From a virus: a stretch of DNA of 64,000 nucleotides. The DNA lies in IMG/VR virus record IMGVR_UViG_3300033072_000750. One strand, given 5' to 3'. Shown here one piece after another: positions 9,972 through 18,518 of this stretch. Position 1 is the stretch's first letter. Each line of letters starts with the position of its first letter. The position numbers and the translations under genes are program-made. Under the pieces are notes generated by a model. It was not told where the DNA came from, searched no databases, and saw only the letters and a program-made list of their open reading frames with translations.

Positions 9972-10534
9972 TCAGTTAATGCTTCCATCTTAGGTGCTGA
10001 TAATTTTAAAGATAACTCTTTCATTTTATCCATAAGCTGCGGATTATGTATTGCCATTCCCGATTCTAGTGCTTTATGTTGAACAATATTTGTTTTAGCC
10101 ATTGATTTATACATATCCCGAAACTTAGCAAACCATTGACCTTGATCTGAAACATTTGCAGATCCAAATCCTTCGTACAAGCTTTTAACACAAGAAGCCA
10201 GTGCTTTATCTTCATAATCATCTGGATTAGTATACATATTATGGTTTTTAAATTTTTTCCATGCTTCTAGTACCTTGTTATTCATCTCATCATCTTCACC
10301 AACCTTCCCACATAGTTGATGAGCAATTTCTCTAAATTGAGCAGGAGTAGGGAAGAACGACAAATTCGATTCCCTAATTATGTGCAAAGATACAGAATAA
10401 GCAAGTTCGTCTGGAACATCAGCTAATGCTACTCCCCACACATCCAGCATTCTATTAGAAATGCTATCTGGTGATTTGGGTAGTCTTAATTCGCAAAGGT
10501 CTAATAGCATATTACTCAGTTGTTGTTTGTCCAT
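9968..10534 (-). CDS. putative helicase loader/inhibitor (G39P-like)
   Basis: W..AL.DV........HI......FFPTPAQFRE pattern directly downstream of the initiator gene. Confidence 0.6.
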   Translation of the reverse strand: MDKQQLSNMLLDLCELRLPKSPDSISNRMLDVWGVALADVPDELAYSVSLHIIRESNLSFFPTPAQFREIAHQLCGKVGEDDEMNNKVLEAWKKFKNHNMYTNPDDYEDKALASCVKSLYEGFGSANVSDQGQWFAKFRDMYKSMAKTNIVQHKALESGMAIHNPQLMDKMKELSLKLSAPKMEALTE

Positions 10535-11510
10535 TATCCGCTCCTTGTGTGTATCGATTCATAAAACTTTCAAGCAAATTGTCTTTCTTAGGCACATAGG
10601 TTTTTCCTTCCATAAGGTCAATCCCAGTTTTCTCTTTAATTATTGTTCCGATAAAACTACGATCCGAACTTGGTGGAAGCACCGATGTTGTGGCTCCGTT
10701 TCCTCCGTACTTTGGTTTTATAGTATTACTTCGCTCAGCAATTCTTGATATCCAGCCCGCAACGGATGCCTTCCAGTTTTTCATTGAGTTTTTTCCTACT
10801 TTCCACCCGTTTGATTCATAGTAATTAAAAAACTTATCTGCTTCAATCTTTGCCATTCGTTCGTTATTGGTAAAATGTTCATGTTGCTTGAACTGTAATT
10901 CGATTTCTGGCAATTCGGGGGGTTGAAATTTTGGGGCAACGGTTCGTGGTTTAGGGGGGGGCTTCGGAATGGGGGGGATTTCTTTTTTTTCTTCTTTTCT
11001 GTTTAGGGGATCAATTTCTTGAATTTGTGTTGATGATTTAATTTCTGGACAAAAGTTTTTGTCCTCTGTATTACTTAAAGAAGAATTACTAATACTTAAA
11101 GGATCTGAATAATACTTAATGCTATCCGTGTTTTCCGTTAACGGGAATTCAGTAAACGGTACCGTTCCCTGAAAATCAGTAAGCGGTAAATTATCTTCTT
11201 CACCTATTAGTGTCTTGTTTTTAACCTGAATATATACACCTATTAGGTCAGTATTTAATGTATATAGGTTTGTTGATAATCTTCCGTTAATTTTTCTTTG
11301 TTTGACCAATAATAGCTTTGTGTCTTTGAGTATCTTAAGGCACTTATCAACCTTATCTCTCCCCATAGCACTTTCTTTCTGAAGAGTTGCCCTTGATGGG
11401 AAAGACGTGTTACTTGAATTAATCCGCTTTGCTATTAGCAGTAGGATTGCAAGAGTTTCTGCTCCTATCTGTGGGATTAAGTCTAATAATCTTGTATCTA
11501 TGTTTAACAT
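10512..11510 (-). CDS. phage replication initiator (N-terminal wHTH)
   Basis: SFPSRATLQKESAMGRDKVDKCLKIL HTH, STNLY, low-complexity linker, C-terminal FFNYYESNGWKVGKNSMKNWKA. Confidence 0.8.
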   Translation of the reverse strand: MLNIDTRLLDLIPQIGAETLAILLLIAKRINSSNTSFPSRATLQKESAMGRDKVDKCLKILKDTKLLLVKQRKINGRLSTNLYTLNTDLIGVYIQVKNKTLIGEEDNLPLTDFQGTVPFTEFPLTENTDSIKYYSDPLSISNSSLSNTEDKNFCPEIKSSTQIQEIDPLNRKEEKKEIPPIPKPPPKPRTVAPKFQPPELPEIELQFKQHEHFTNNERMAKIEADKFFNYYESNGWKVGKNSMKNWKASVAGWISRIAERSNTIKPKYGGNGATTSVLPPSSDRSFIGTIIKEKTGIDLMEGKTYVPKKDNLLESFMNRYTQGADNGQTTTE

Positions 11511-11512
11511 AA

Positions 11513-12148
11513 TTATCTATCTCCTTTCGCTATATCTAAAAAGCAACTAGTAATTTCTGGATTAACTTGTTTCCAGTCTACTTTTCCGTTGGTTGTGTGT
11601 ATGAGTTTATGGCAATTCCTACATAAGACTAATTTACCATCTTTTTTAAATGTTCCACCTCTTGATGCTGGCACTATATGATGGTCGCATAATGATTGGC
11701 TGCTTTTACATACTTGGCAAGTATTGATTCTTGGCTGTTTGCTTCCAGTCCTAGGAATTATGTATAGATACGTTCTGTCTTTTATGATTTGCTCACAGAC
11801 GACTGGTTTCTTAAGCGGGGCAACGCATAAATCATCAAATTTATCCGTAAGATTGAAAAAGTTAACATAACCAGTATTTGGGATCATTAGCAATTTGTTT
11901 TTGAGTATTCCTTTTGAACATATAGCCTTAATTCGTCTTGAAAGCCTATCTTTGCCAAAGCGAAATAGTGCTTCGTTTAGTATCTGGCTATAATGAACTT
12001 CATAAAATATCTCGTTATTTATTTTTATGAAATTTAGGTTATTATGTTTTGCAGACTGGTAAAACCATGAAAGTATACCAAGGTCGCTTATGTCTAGATC
12101 GTAATCAATTAACTTTTGCTGGATAAATTCCCCAATTTTGTATAGCAA
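11513..12148 (-). CDS. wHTH-like N-terminus fused to HNH endonuclease domain
   Basis: CQVC...DHHIVPASRGG...LCRNCHKLIH; GAGGAG RBS before TTG start. Confidence 0.75.
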   Translation of the reverse strand: MLYKIGEFIQQKLIDYDLDISDLGILSWFYQSAKHNNLNFIKINNEIFYEVHYSQILNEALFRFGKDRLSRRIKAICSKGILKNKLLMIPNTGYVNFFNLTDKFDDLCVAPLKKPVVCEQIIKDRTYLYIIPRTGSKQPRINTCQVCKSSQSLCDHHIVPASRGGTFKKDGKLVLCRNCHKLIHTTNGKVDWKQVNPEITSCFLDIAKGDR

Positions 12149-12306
12149 TTTCTATTTCTCCTCATTGTATGTTTTAGTGATCCGACAAATGCCAGATTAA
12201 CAAAATAACACTCAAGAGAACTATTCGTTGTTTTTAGCCTATGATTTAAATGTAATGTTGTCATACCGCACTTCTCGTCTATTGGTCATTCTCCTCGATA
12301 GATTTA

Positions 12307-12338
12307 AGAGGGGCGAGAAGTCCCCTCTGTATTTCTTT
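12307..12338. terminator. GC-rich hairpin AGAGGGGC-GAGAA-GTCCCCTCT, possible terminator or attenuator in the replication-operon leader
   Basis: inverted repeat seen directly. Confidence 0.45.
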
Positions 12339-12474
12339 GGGTGTTCTTTTAGAACGATATTACTCAGGAGCGACCCAAAATAATAACCCATTACACACCA
12401 ATTATACCACCAAAATTTAAGATTAAAACAAATAATTTTTGAGTTTTAAAACCTTAAGTGTGGTATACTTTAAA

Positions 12475-12681
12475 TGTTAGAAAGTAGCAGAATCAGACAG
12501 CTTGTTTTCCTTAGTAGCGGATAAAACCATTGAGTTAATTAATTGCAATCTCACGTGGTAGCGAAGCGGAAGATCGACGATCTACGGAAAACGTAGAAGT
12601 GCGGTATGCCGAAACGTATGTCGGTGAAGGTCTGGATAAATCGAGACGCCAGGTTGTGGGTAAAATCCCACCTTTCTAACA
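12475..12681 (+). ncRNA. tRNA-scaffold-like RNA 1 (~207 nt)
   Basis: TGTTAGAAAG/CTTTCTAACA terminal stem, D-like arm, T-like arm GTGGG-TAAAAT-CCCAC, internal hairpins, promoter TGTGGTATACT at 12459-12469. Confidence 0.7.
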
Positions 12682-12707
12682 AAAAAGTTAATTTAAATAA
12701 AATAATT

Positions 12708-13091
12708 ATGGAAAACATATATTCAAAAGAACTAAGAGAAAGATTACTTAAAGCATTAAATGTTGAATTTTCTGCTAAACCACCAAGCGAAAATTTTAAG
12801 GATGGTAGCACTTGGTACGCTATTAAAGTTAATATTACTTCAGGAAAAACTGGTGAAGAATTTATTGCCTCTTATCCACACAAAATGATACACGATGTTG
12901 ATATTTTGGGGTGTAGTGATGAGGAGTTTGAGAAAACCTTAAAGTATATAGTGTGGGACTTCATAGCTTTCAGTAAAGCTTTTAGGGCTATAAGAAAACA
13001 GAAGGACAGTATATTACCAATAATACATTCCCTACTAGGTAGAGTTACTGAATATCCCCATACTGAAGACATAAAGGAAAACAATGTTTAA
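12708..13091 (+). CDS. hypothetical protein (start moved from 12606 to 12708)
   Basis: in-frame ATG immediately after the ncRNA. Confidence 0.65.
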   Translation: MENIYSKELRERLLKALNVEFSAKPPSENFKDGSTWYAIKVNITSGKTGEEFIASYPHKMIHDVDILGCSDEEFEKTLKYIVWDFIAFSKAFRAIRKQKDSILPIIHSLLGRVTEYPHTEDIKENNV

Positions 13092-13452
13092 GCTAATTAA
13101 CGAAAATCCAAATATTAAACTATGGTCTGATTTTGGTAGTATGACTATCGAAAAATACAACCAGCTAATAGACGTAGCTACTGGGGACTCTAACCTTTTT
13201 GTGTGTGGCAGAAATGCTTTTAAGGCAGTTCAACCATTCCTAAAAACAAAAGTACGGCTTAGTTGTATTGATGGATCAGAGAGGGACTTCGATCACATCA
13301 GAAGCATAGATTACTGTGTAGACGAAACATTTAGTATTATTACTATTTCCATTGATGATCGTCTTTCATCGACTAATCAATTTGGTACAATCTTTATTTC
13401 TTCGTCAGATTCAAAAGATATATTGCTAGTTACCGATATTACTTTAGGTTAA
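13084..13452 (+). CDS. hypothetical protein
   Basis: coupled ORF in the small-gene array. Confidence 0.6.
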   Translation: MFKLINENPNIKLWSDFGSMTIEKYNQLIDVATGDSNLFVCGRNAFKAVQPFLKTKVRLSCIDGSERDFDHIRSIDYCVDETFSIITISIDDRLSSTNQFGTIFISSSDSKDILLVTDITLG

Positions 13453-13456
13453 GACT

Positions 13457-13690
13457 ATGAGTAAAGAAAAAATAGGAACAGTACGTAGAAAAACATACTA
13501 CGATGTCGAGTTTGACACTGGAGAAGTAGCTTCTTTGTCTAAACATCAAATTGGGCAATGGAAACTAAAAAATGGAGATAGGATCAAGGGTTCAATAGAA
13601 GAAATCTGGGAAGTTGATACTAATGAGGATGGTGATTATTGCAGGAGTTGGACTGGTGTTCAATCTGTTGATATTAAGGAGAAACTATAG
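13457..13690 (+). CDS. hypothetical protein
   Basis: coupled ORF. Confidence 0.6.
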   Translation: MSKEKIGTVRRKTYYDVEFDTGEVASLSKHQIGQWKLKNGDRIKGSIEEIWEVDTNEDGDYCRSWTGVQSVDIKEKL

Positions 13691-14023
13691 ATGGGAACTA
13701 GAGGAACAATACGATTTAGTACCGATGATTCGGAAGATTTATTTTTTATTTACAGGGGTCATGATGGAAAGCCATCTGTTGTTATAGAAGACATAAAAGA
13801 TTGTATTGCTAAGGCTAAAGGAAGATGGTCTGGTGGAGAGTTAGGATTATTGGTAACGCTTTTCTTGTCTATGTATTATGATTATGATAAAGAACGACTA
13901 CCAACCTATGAAATAACAAGCGGCATTCATGGAGATGAATCTTATGTCTATTTCGTCAGATGGAATAGTGAAACAAAAGCATGGGAATATGGAGAAATAA
14001 ATGAAAATGAAAAAGAAAACTAA
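13691..14023 (+). CDS. conserved phage hypothetical protein (MGTR...Y.GHDG.P...HGD.SY.Y type)
   Basis: recurrent phage small-protein motif; function unknown. Confidence 0.65.
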   Translation: MGTRGTIRFSTDDSEDLFFIYRGHDGKPSVVIEDIKDCIAKAKGRWSGGELGLLVTLFLSMYYDYDKERLPTYEITSGIHGDESYVYFVRWNSETKAWEYGEINENEKEN

Positions 14024-14615
14024 AATCGAAGAACTAAACACTCAGTACGAAGCTATCTGTGCCCAATACGTAAAACTATTTTGTAAGAAGCAAGGAGTTT
14101 ATATTGAAGACACTTTCTGGATAGCAGATAGGGTAGGTGAACTATTAAGCGTCATTGATCAGTACTGTTTTAACTTAAGCGATATCAAATACGATTTAAC
14201 CCATAAGTGCCCAAAGGGTCAAATATTTGAATGGCAAGATTATGAAATAGAAGACCATTTTAAAAGAGAAAAAGAAGGAAAAAGCCAAAGAAAAGTTAAT
14301 TACGAAAGCTATTCTAAAGGATACAGGCACGAAATGGACGAAGAAAGGAAGAAGAAAGAAAAAGAAGAATTTGAGAAACTTTTAAATAACCCAACCAAGG
14401 AATTTGTGTGGGAACTTGGGAAGATAGAATCGTACAAGTTCGACAAAGATGGTAATTTCTCTAGCGTAGAAGGTAACATTCTTGCTAAAGACGAAAAGGG
14501 CAACTTCCATTTTCACGTAGAAGGAATAAAAGTAACACCTACACTAGAAGACATTTTACGAATGGAACAGTTTCAGAAAAGAATCGAAGAAAAGTTAAAA
14601 TCTTTGGAGTATTAA
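14001..14615 (+). CDS. hypothetical protein
   Basis: 204-aa coupled ORF. Confidence 0.65.
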   Translation: MKMKKKTKIEELNTQYEAICAQYVKLFCKKQGVYIEDTFWIADRVGELLSVIDQYCFNLSDIKYDLTHKCPKGQIFEWQDYEIEDHFKREKEGKSQRKVNYESYSKGYRHEMDEERKKKEKEEFEKLLNNPTKEFVWELGKIESYKFDKDGNFSSVEGNILAKDEKGNFHFHVEGIKVTPTLEDILRMEQFQKRIEEKLKSLEY

Positions 14616-14619
14616 ACAA

Positions 14620-14790
14620 ATGAATGAAAAAGCAGAATTTGCATCACAGATACTTAAAAGGTATGCGTACGAGCACCAAATACTGGCAAGAAGCACAAGC
14701 GATATATCTCCGCTAGAAGAATGGTTAATATTGCAGTTATTTTATAGTACGAAATCATCACCGAATGTGGTAGAATATAAGCATGAGTAG
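14620..14790 (+). CDS. small hypothetical protein (56 aa)
   Basis: manually translated ORF filling the gap; below the ORF-track cutoff. Confidence 0.45.
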   Translation: MNEKAEFASQILKRYAYEHQILARSTSDISPLEEWLILQLFYSTKSSPNVVEYKHE

Positions 14791-14998
14791 CGGAATATTT
14801 TTTAGAGTAAAATCTAACGACAAGTGGATAAATAAAGAGTTTGAAGATTTGTCAGAACAAGAACAAGATGAGGTAATGTCTGAATTTAACGAGCAGCAAT
14901 TGAAAGCTTTAGCAAAAGCTTTGGCGAAGACACTTAATAATATTAAGCATTACACGAAAGCAAAATGGAAGAACTTTGCGGACAATGTGGTAAAATAG
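14783..14998 (+). CDS. hypothetical protein, probably leaderless
   Basis: TGTGGTAGAAT ends 6 nt before the ATG. Confidence 0.65.
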   Translation: MSSGIFFRVKSNDKWINKEFEDLSEQEQDEVMSEFNEQQLKALAKALAKTLNNIKHYTKAKWKNFADNVVK

Positions 14999-15002
14999 AA
15001 GT

Positions 15003-15404
15003 ATGAAAATAAACGAAAACGATTTAGTCGACATTGATAGCGTTACTTCTTACACGCTACCAGTTAGTTCAATATCTGAACAATTAGGTTTGCTTAATAA
15101 CAATATTGTTGTTCACCGTGTTAATGGCATAATACGGAAATTGACTGAATTCATTAAATCTCATAATGAGTTAGTAGATTTTGCAGAAAAAGGAAAAGAA
15201 GAGCTTGAATCTATTAAGTTTAGGTTTGGCAACTTAGAGGCAAAAATGAACTCTATGCTAAAGGAAAATTCTGGTGAACTAGAGGGGAGAATCTTAGCAT
15301 TAGAAGAAAAGTTTAAAGGTGAGGAGAAAAAGTTGGTAGAAAACGAGGGTGTAAATTTATCTCCTTCGACTGGTTGGGATAGATCTATGGGAGATATAGT
15401 ATGA
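15003..15404 (+). CDS. coiled-coil hypothetical protein, probably leaderless
   Basis: TGTGGTAAAAT ends 6 nt before the ATG. Confidence 0.65.
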   Translation: MKINENDLVDIDSVTSYTLPVSSISEQLGLLNNNIVVHRVNGIIRKLTEFIKSHNELVDFAEKGKEELESIKFRFGNLEAKMNSMLKENSGELEGRILALEEKFKGEEKKLVENEGVNLSPSTGWDRSMGDIV

Positions 15405-15670
15405 CAAGATTTTTTGCTTTAAATTTTCACGATTTTTCTAACGGACAAGAGATTGATGAAGATACTGTCAACGATTGGATTAATGAAGTGTTAGATATGA
15501 TTAAGAAACAGATTGAAGAAGGGATGGAATCTCCTTTTGCCGCTAAATCATCTGGTAACACTATGGTGTTTGCGTGGATTTCGGACGATTTTGTTCAACT
15601 GCACGTTTCTAATAAATACAAAAATGCACATATCAATGTTAAAGATTTAGGAATTGGGGGTGTAGTGTAG
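15401..15670 (+). CDS. hypothetical protein
   Basis: ATGA overlap with the upstream gene. Confidence 0.65.
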   Translation: MTRFFALNFHDFSNGQEIDEDTVNDWINEVLDMIKKQIEEGMESPFAAKSSGNTMVFAWISDDFVQLHVSNKYKNAHINVKDLGIGGVV

Positions 15671-15847
15671 GTGAAAGCTTTTGGTATTCCGTTATGCGTT
15701 TTAAATTCATCTCATCCATAGATGAGTGATTGGATAAAGTGAGGCTACGGAAAATCCGCATTTCGTTTTAGGCGATAAAAAACACCATGATCTGATAAAT
15801 AGATTCTATTTTTTATTATTAACCTGTTGCTTTGTGGTAGAATAATA

Positions 15848-16056
15848 TTAGGTGAAGAGTGGTGGAAAAGTAGACACTTATCCTGTAATATGAGTAACTA
15901 AGTTAAGCTTCTAGTGAAAGGGTGCAGGATGGACATAAGTAGGGAAGCTACAGTGGAGAAGGTAACTAGTTTAGAAAACCCAAGGGTATAAACCTTGTTC
16001 GGCTAGAGAACAAGTCGTCTAGCATGCAGAGTGCAACTCTCTGCCTCTTCATCTAA
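15848..16056 (+). ncRNA. tRNA-scaffold-like RNA 2 (~205 nt)
   Basis: TTAGGTGAAGAG/CTCTTCATCTAA stem, Leu-type D arm TGGTGGAAAAGTAGACAC, T-like arm GCAGAG-TGCAACT-CTCTGC, promoter TGTGGTAGAAT at 15833-15843. Confidence 0.78.
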
Positions 16057-16063
16057 AATAGAT

Positions 16064-16148
16064 GGGCAGATGTCCGAGTGGTTAAAGGAGGCGGTCTGTA
16101 AAACCGCTCGCCGTATGGCGTACATTGGTTCAAATCCAATTCTGCCCA
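16064..16148 (+). tRNA. tRNA-Tyr (GTA), long variable arm, CCA not encoded
   Basis: GGGCAGA/TCTGCCC acceptor, GCGGT-CTGTAAA-ACCGC anticodon arm, ATTGG-TTCAAAT-CCAAT T arm. Confidence 0.95.
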
Positions 16149-16207
16149 AATTTGTTAGAAAAATATGAAATTGTGGAATAAATTAAATAGTTAAATCTAA
16201 AAAATAA

Positions 16208-16495
16208 ATGAAAAACCTATTATTACTACTAATTGTTATTACTGGATTGTCTGGGTGCACATCTATCGAAGATCCTATGGAATCTATAGATGCCACTAGG
16301 AATGAACATCTGGTAAAAGAAAAGGCTAAAGATAGTTTTCACAAAGAATGCTCAAACCTAAAACAATTAAGTTGCGATTTAGCCGTGGATTGCTATGAAG
16401 AATGCAGTAATAGTTTGTTTACAGATGGTACTGCTTATTGCCAAGCTAGATATATGGCACGCTTATTAAAATGTTCTGGGGCAGGATGGAGGTAA
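16208..16495 (+). CDS. Cys-rich lipoprotein
   Basis: signal peptide with lipobox LSGC; six further Cys. Confidence 0.7.
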   Translation: MKNLLLLLIVITGLSGCTSIEDPMESIDATRNEHLVKEKAKDSFHKECSNLKQLSCDLAVDCYEECSNSLFTDGTAYCQARYMARLLKCSGAGWR

Positions 16496-16501
16496 CAATA
16501 T

Positions 16502-17356
16502 ATGACTAACACAATATTATTAAACGTACAAGCTGGTTTAGGTAACCAAATGTTTCAGTACGCTGCTGCTTTAAATTTAGCTAGAAAAAATAAGTCAAAA
16601 CTAATGCTAGAAACTTCGTGGTATAACCAGCCTTACGCTTCTCAAGCAAACAGATTGTACAAATTACCATTCTTTGATCTTTACGAAGATGAACTTCGCT
16701 TAGATGAATTTAGATCAAATAGTTACTTTATAGTTCAAGAAGCAAGCATGGGTTTTAATCCTAAATTACAAGATATTGAAGGTAATATTGCTTTGCGGGG
16801 ATATTTTCAGAACTTTAATTACTTTAGAGAAATACAAAGAGAGATAAGAGAAAAGTTTTCCGCTCCTAGTTTTATTAAAGGCAAACCAGATTTAATCGAA
16901 AAACACAAAAAACCAAATAATTCATGTGCTTTACATGTTAGGTTGGGTGATTTTGAAGTAATGCCTAAATTTAGAACACTAACTGGGGAAAGAGGTTTAA
17001 ACTATTACCAAACAGCAATTGATTTAGTTAAAAAAGAAGTAAAAGATCCTATTTTTTATGTATATTCTGATTCTATTGACGGAGCTAAAAAGTTTCTTGA
17101 ACCATTAGTTAAGGGTAATGAGTTTATTTTTAGCCAAAACGGGTATAATGATAACGTGGAGGAAATTTATGATATGGCTCAATGCTATCATACAATCTGT
17201 GCAAATTCTACCTTCTCTTGGTGGGCTGGGTTTTTAAATCCAAATATGTACAAAGTTGTAACGTTTCCTAAAAACGTATTTGATGCTAAATATCAAAGCA
17301 TTGAAGAATCATCATTAGATTTATCCGCCCCACATATCACACTAATCGAGAATTAA
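16502..17356 (+). CDS. alpha-1,2-fucosyltransferase (GT11 family)
   Basis: GLGNQMFQYAA, GYFQ, HVRLGD and NSTFSWWA motifs. Confidence 0.9.
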   Translation: MTNTILLNVQAGLGNQMFQYAAALNLARKNKSKLMLETSWYNQPYASQANRLYKLPFFDLYEDELRLDEFRSNSYFIVQEASMGFNPKLQDIEGNIALRGYFQNFNYFREIQREIREKFSAPSFIKGKPDLIEKHKKPNNSCALHVRLGDFEVMPKFRTLTGERGLNYYQTAIDLVKKEVKDPIFYVYSDSIDGAKKFLEPLVKGNEFIFSQNGYNDNVEEIYDMAQCYHTICANSTFSWWAGFLNPNMYKVVTFPKNVFDAKYQSIEESSLDLSAPHITLIEN

Positions 17357-17357
17357 A

Positions 17358-17726
17358 ATGCTTCAATCAATATTAATAACACTTGCTTTGTCTGCCATAT
17401 CGACAGTTCTAACTCAGTTACTTACTATAGTTGCTGAAAAGTACAAAGATTACCACGCTTCTCCCGATAAAAGTAAACTTGAGAACACTTTGGGTGAAGT
17501 CTTGTCGTTTTTTAATGCTATTGGGTTAAACGAACAAATTCAATTACTTATTAACGAAGTAGCTGCTTTAGCTTCATCTGGTTCTTTAACAAAGACTACT
17601 ATTAAGTCGAAGGTATCTCAATTTATCTCTTTACTAAAGAGCAGATCCTTAAATGGTACTACTTTGTCTGGTATTATTTCAATCTTAATAAGAATCAAAG
17701 AAATACTCCTTAATTTAAAAAAATAA
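17358..17726 (+). CDS. membrane-associated hypothetical protein
   Basis: hydrophobic N-terminus, amphipathic helices. Confidence 0.55.
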   Translation: MLQSILITLALSAISTVLTQLLTIVAEKYKDYHASPDKSKLENTLGEVLSFFNAIGLNEQIQLLINEVAALASSGSLTKTTIKSKVSQFISLLKSRSLNGTTLSGIISILIRIKEILLNLKK

Positions 17727-17728
17727 CA

Positions 17729-18037
17729 ATGGAAGATAACGGATTTCATACACTAGACGTGAAATGTGATTGCCACAATAGGGCACACGAACTAAGAGTC
17801 ATATATTCAGAAGATGATGATGAATACGAACTCTTAATGTTTAAAACTTTTGGAGAATTACCAATCTTGCAGAGGATAATTAACGTCTTGAAATATTTAA
17901 CTGGAAAAACTAATGGGATAGAAGAATCTTTTATTACCATTAAAGGTAAAAATATGGAATCCGTTGTTTCCGATATCTTAAATTTGCGAATGGCTTTTAA
18001 GCCAAACAAAGACGGTTTTCAAAACGTAAAAATGTGA
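17729..18037 (+). CDS. hypothetical protein (CxC...H motif)
   Basis: KCDCHNRAH; coupled ORF. Confidence 0.6.
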   Translation: MEDNGFHTLDVKCDCHNRAHELRVIYSEDDDEYELLMFKTFGELPILQRIINVLKYLTGKTNGIEESFITIKGKNMESVVSDILNLRMAFKPNKDGFQNVKM

Positions 18038-18471
18038 TTATTTGCGGCTCACCAGTTTCTTTTTCTGTTCCTTATCTTAAAGAGGGATACTATTTTGCTA
18101 ATGGAATAACGGATGATGAAGATCTGGATCTTTGGAGTTTAAAAGACGCAACATTGTCTCAATTCTTGTTTTCTGTAGGGCTGTTAAAATCAATAGGAGA
18201 AGCTAAAAAAGCTATTTTGGGTGGCGGTGTTAGGATAAACTTAATTAAGTATGAAAACCCAAATGAATCGATTAATAAAATACTAACCGACTTGCCGATA
18301 AATGAAACGCTTGGAGATAAAATAGTATTTTCGCACGGAAGACGTAACCAGTTAGTTTTTAATAAAGAAGGTTGTAAAGATTTTTTTGTCCTTGATCCCG
18401 AAGTAAGAGACAAATTTGTTTTAAACGAAAAGCAAGAAAGATTTATTTTGTTTGCAGTAAAGACTGGTTAG
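18034..18471 (+). CDS. stand-alone S4 RNA-binding domain resembling the TyrRS C-terminal domain
   Basis: LSQFLFSVGLLKSIGEAKKAILGGGVRIN...IVFSHGRR follows the S4/TyrRS-C pattern. Confidence 0.7.
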   Translation: MIICGSPVSFSVPYLKEGYYFANGITDDEDLDLWSLKDATLSQFLFSVGLLKSIGEAKKAILGGGVRINLIKYENPNESINKILTDLPINETLGDKIVFSHGRRNQLVFNKEGCKDFFVLDPEVRDKFVLNEKQERFILFAVKTG

Positions 18472-18518
18472 AACCAACAAGGATGTGGTATAGTTAAAAT
18501 ACTTAGCTTTTAAACAAA

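Noticed and set aside
12551..12811. Minus-strand 86-aa ORF and the 12606 start of the next gene
   Set aside because: Antisense to, or overlapping, the structured RNA; a better ATG exists at 12708
15671..15790. Intergenic stretch with small hairpins and CTACGGAAAA shared with RNA 1
   Set aside because: No promoter or closing stem identified; a 10-nt match is insufficient
15891..15901. TGAGTAACTA in RNA 2 nearly complementary to the Y-like UAGUUACUUCA
   Set aside because: Short, AT-rich and needs a bulge; within chance expectation
15848..16056. tRNA-like RNAs as tmRNA
   Set aside because: Too short, have a paired D stem, lack the GGGG/CCA alanine acceptor end, and no tag ORF was recognised
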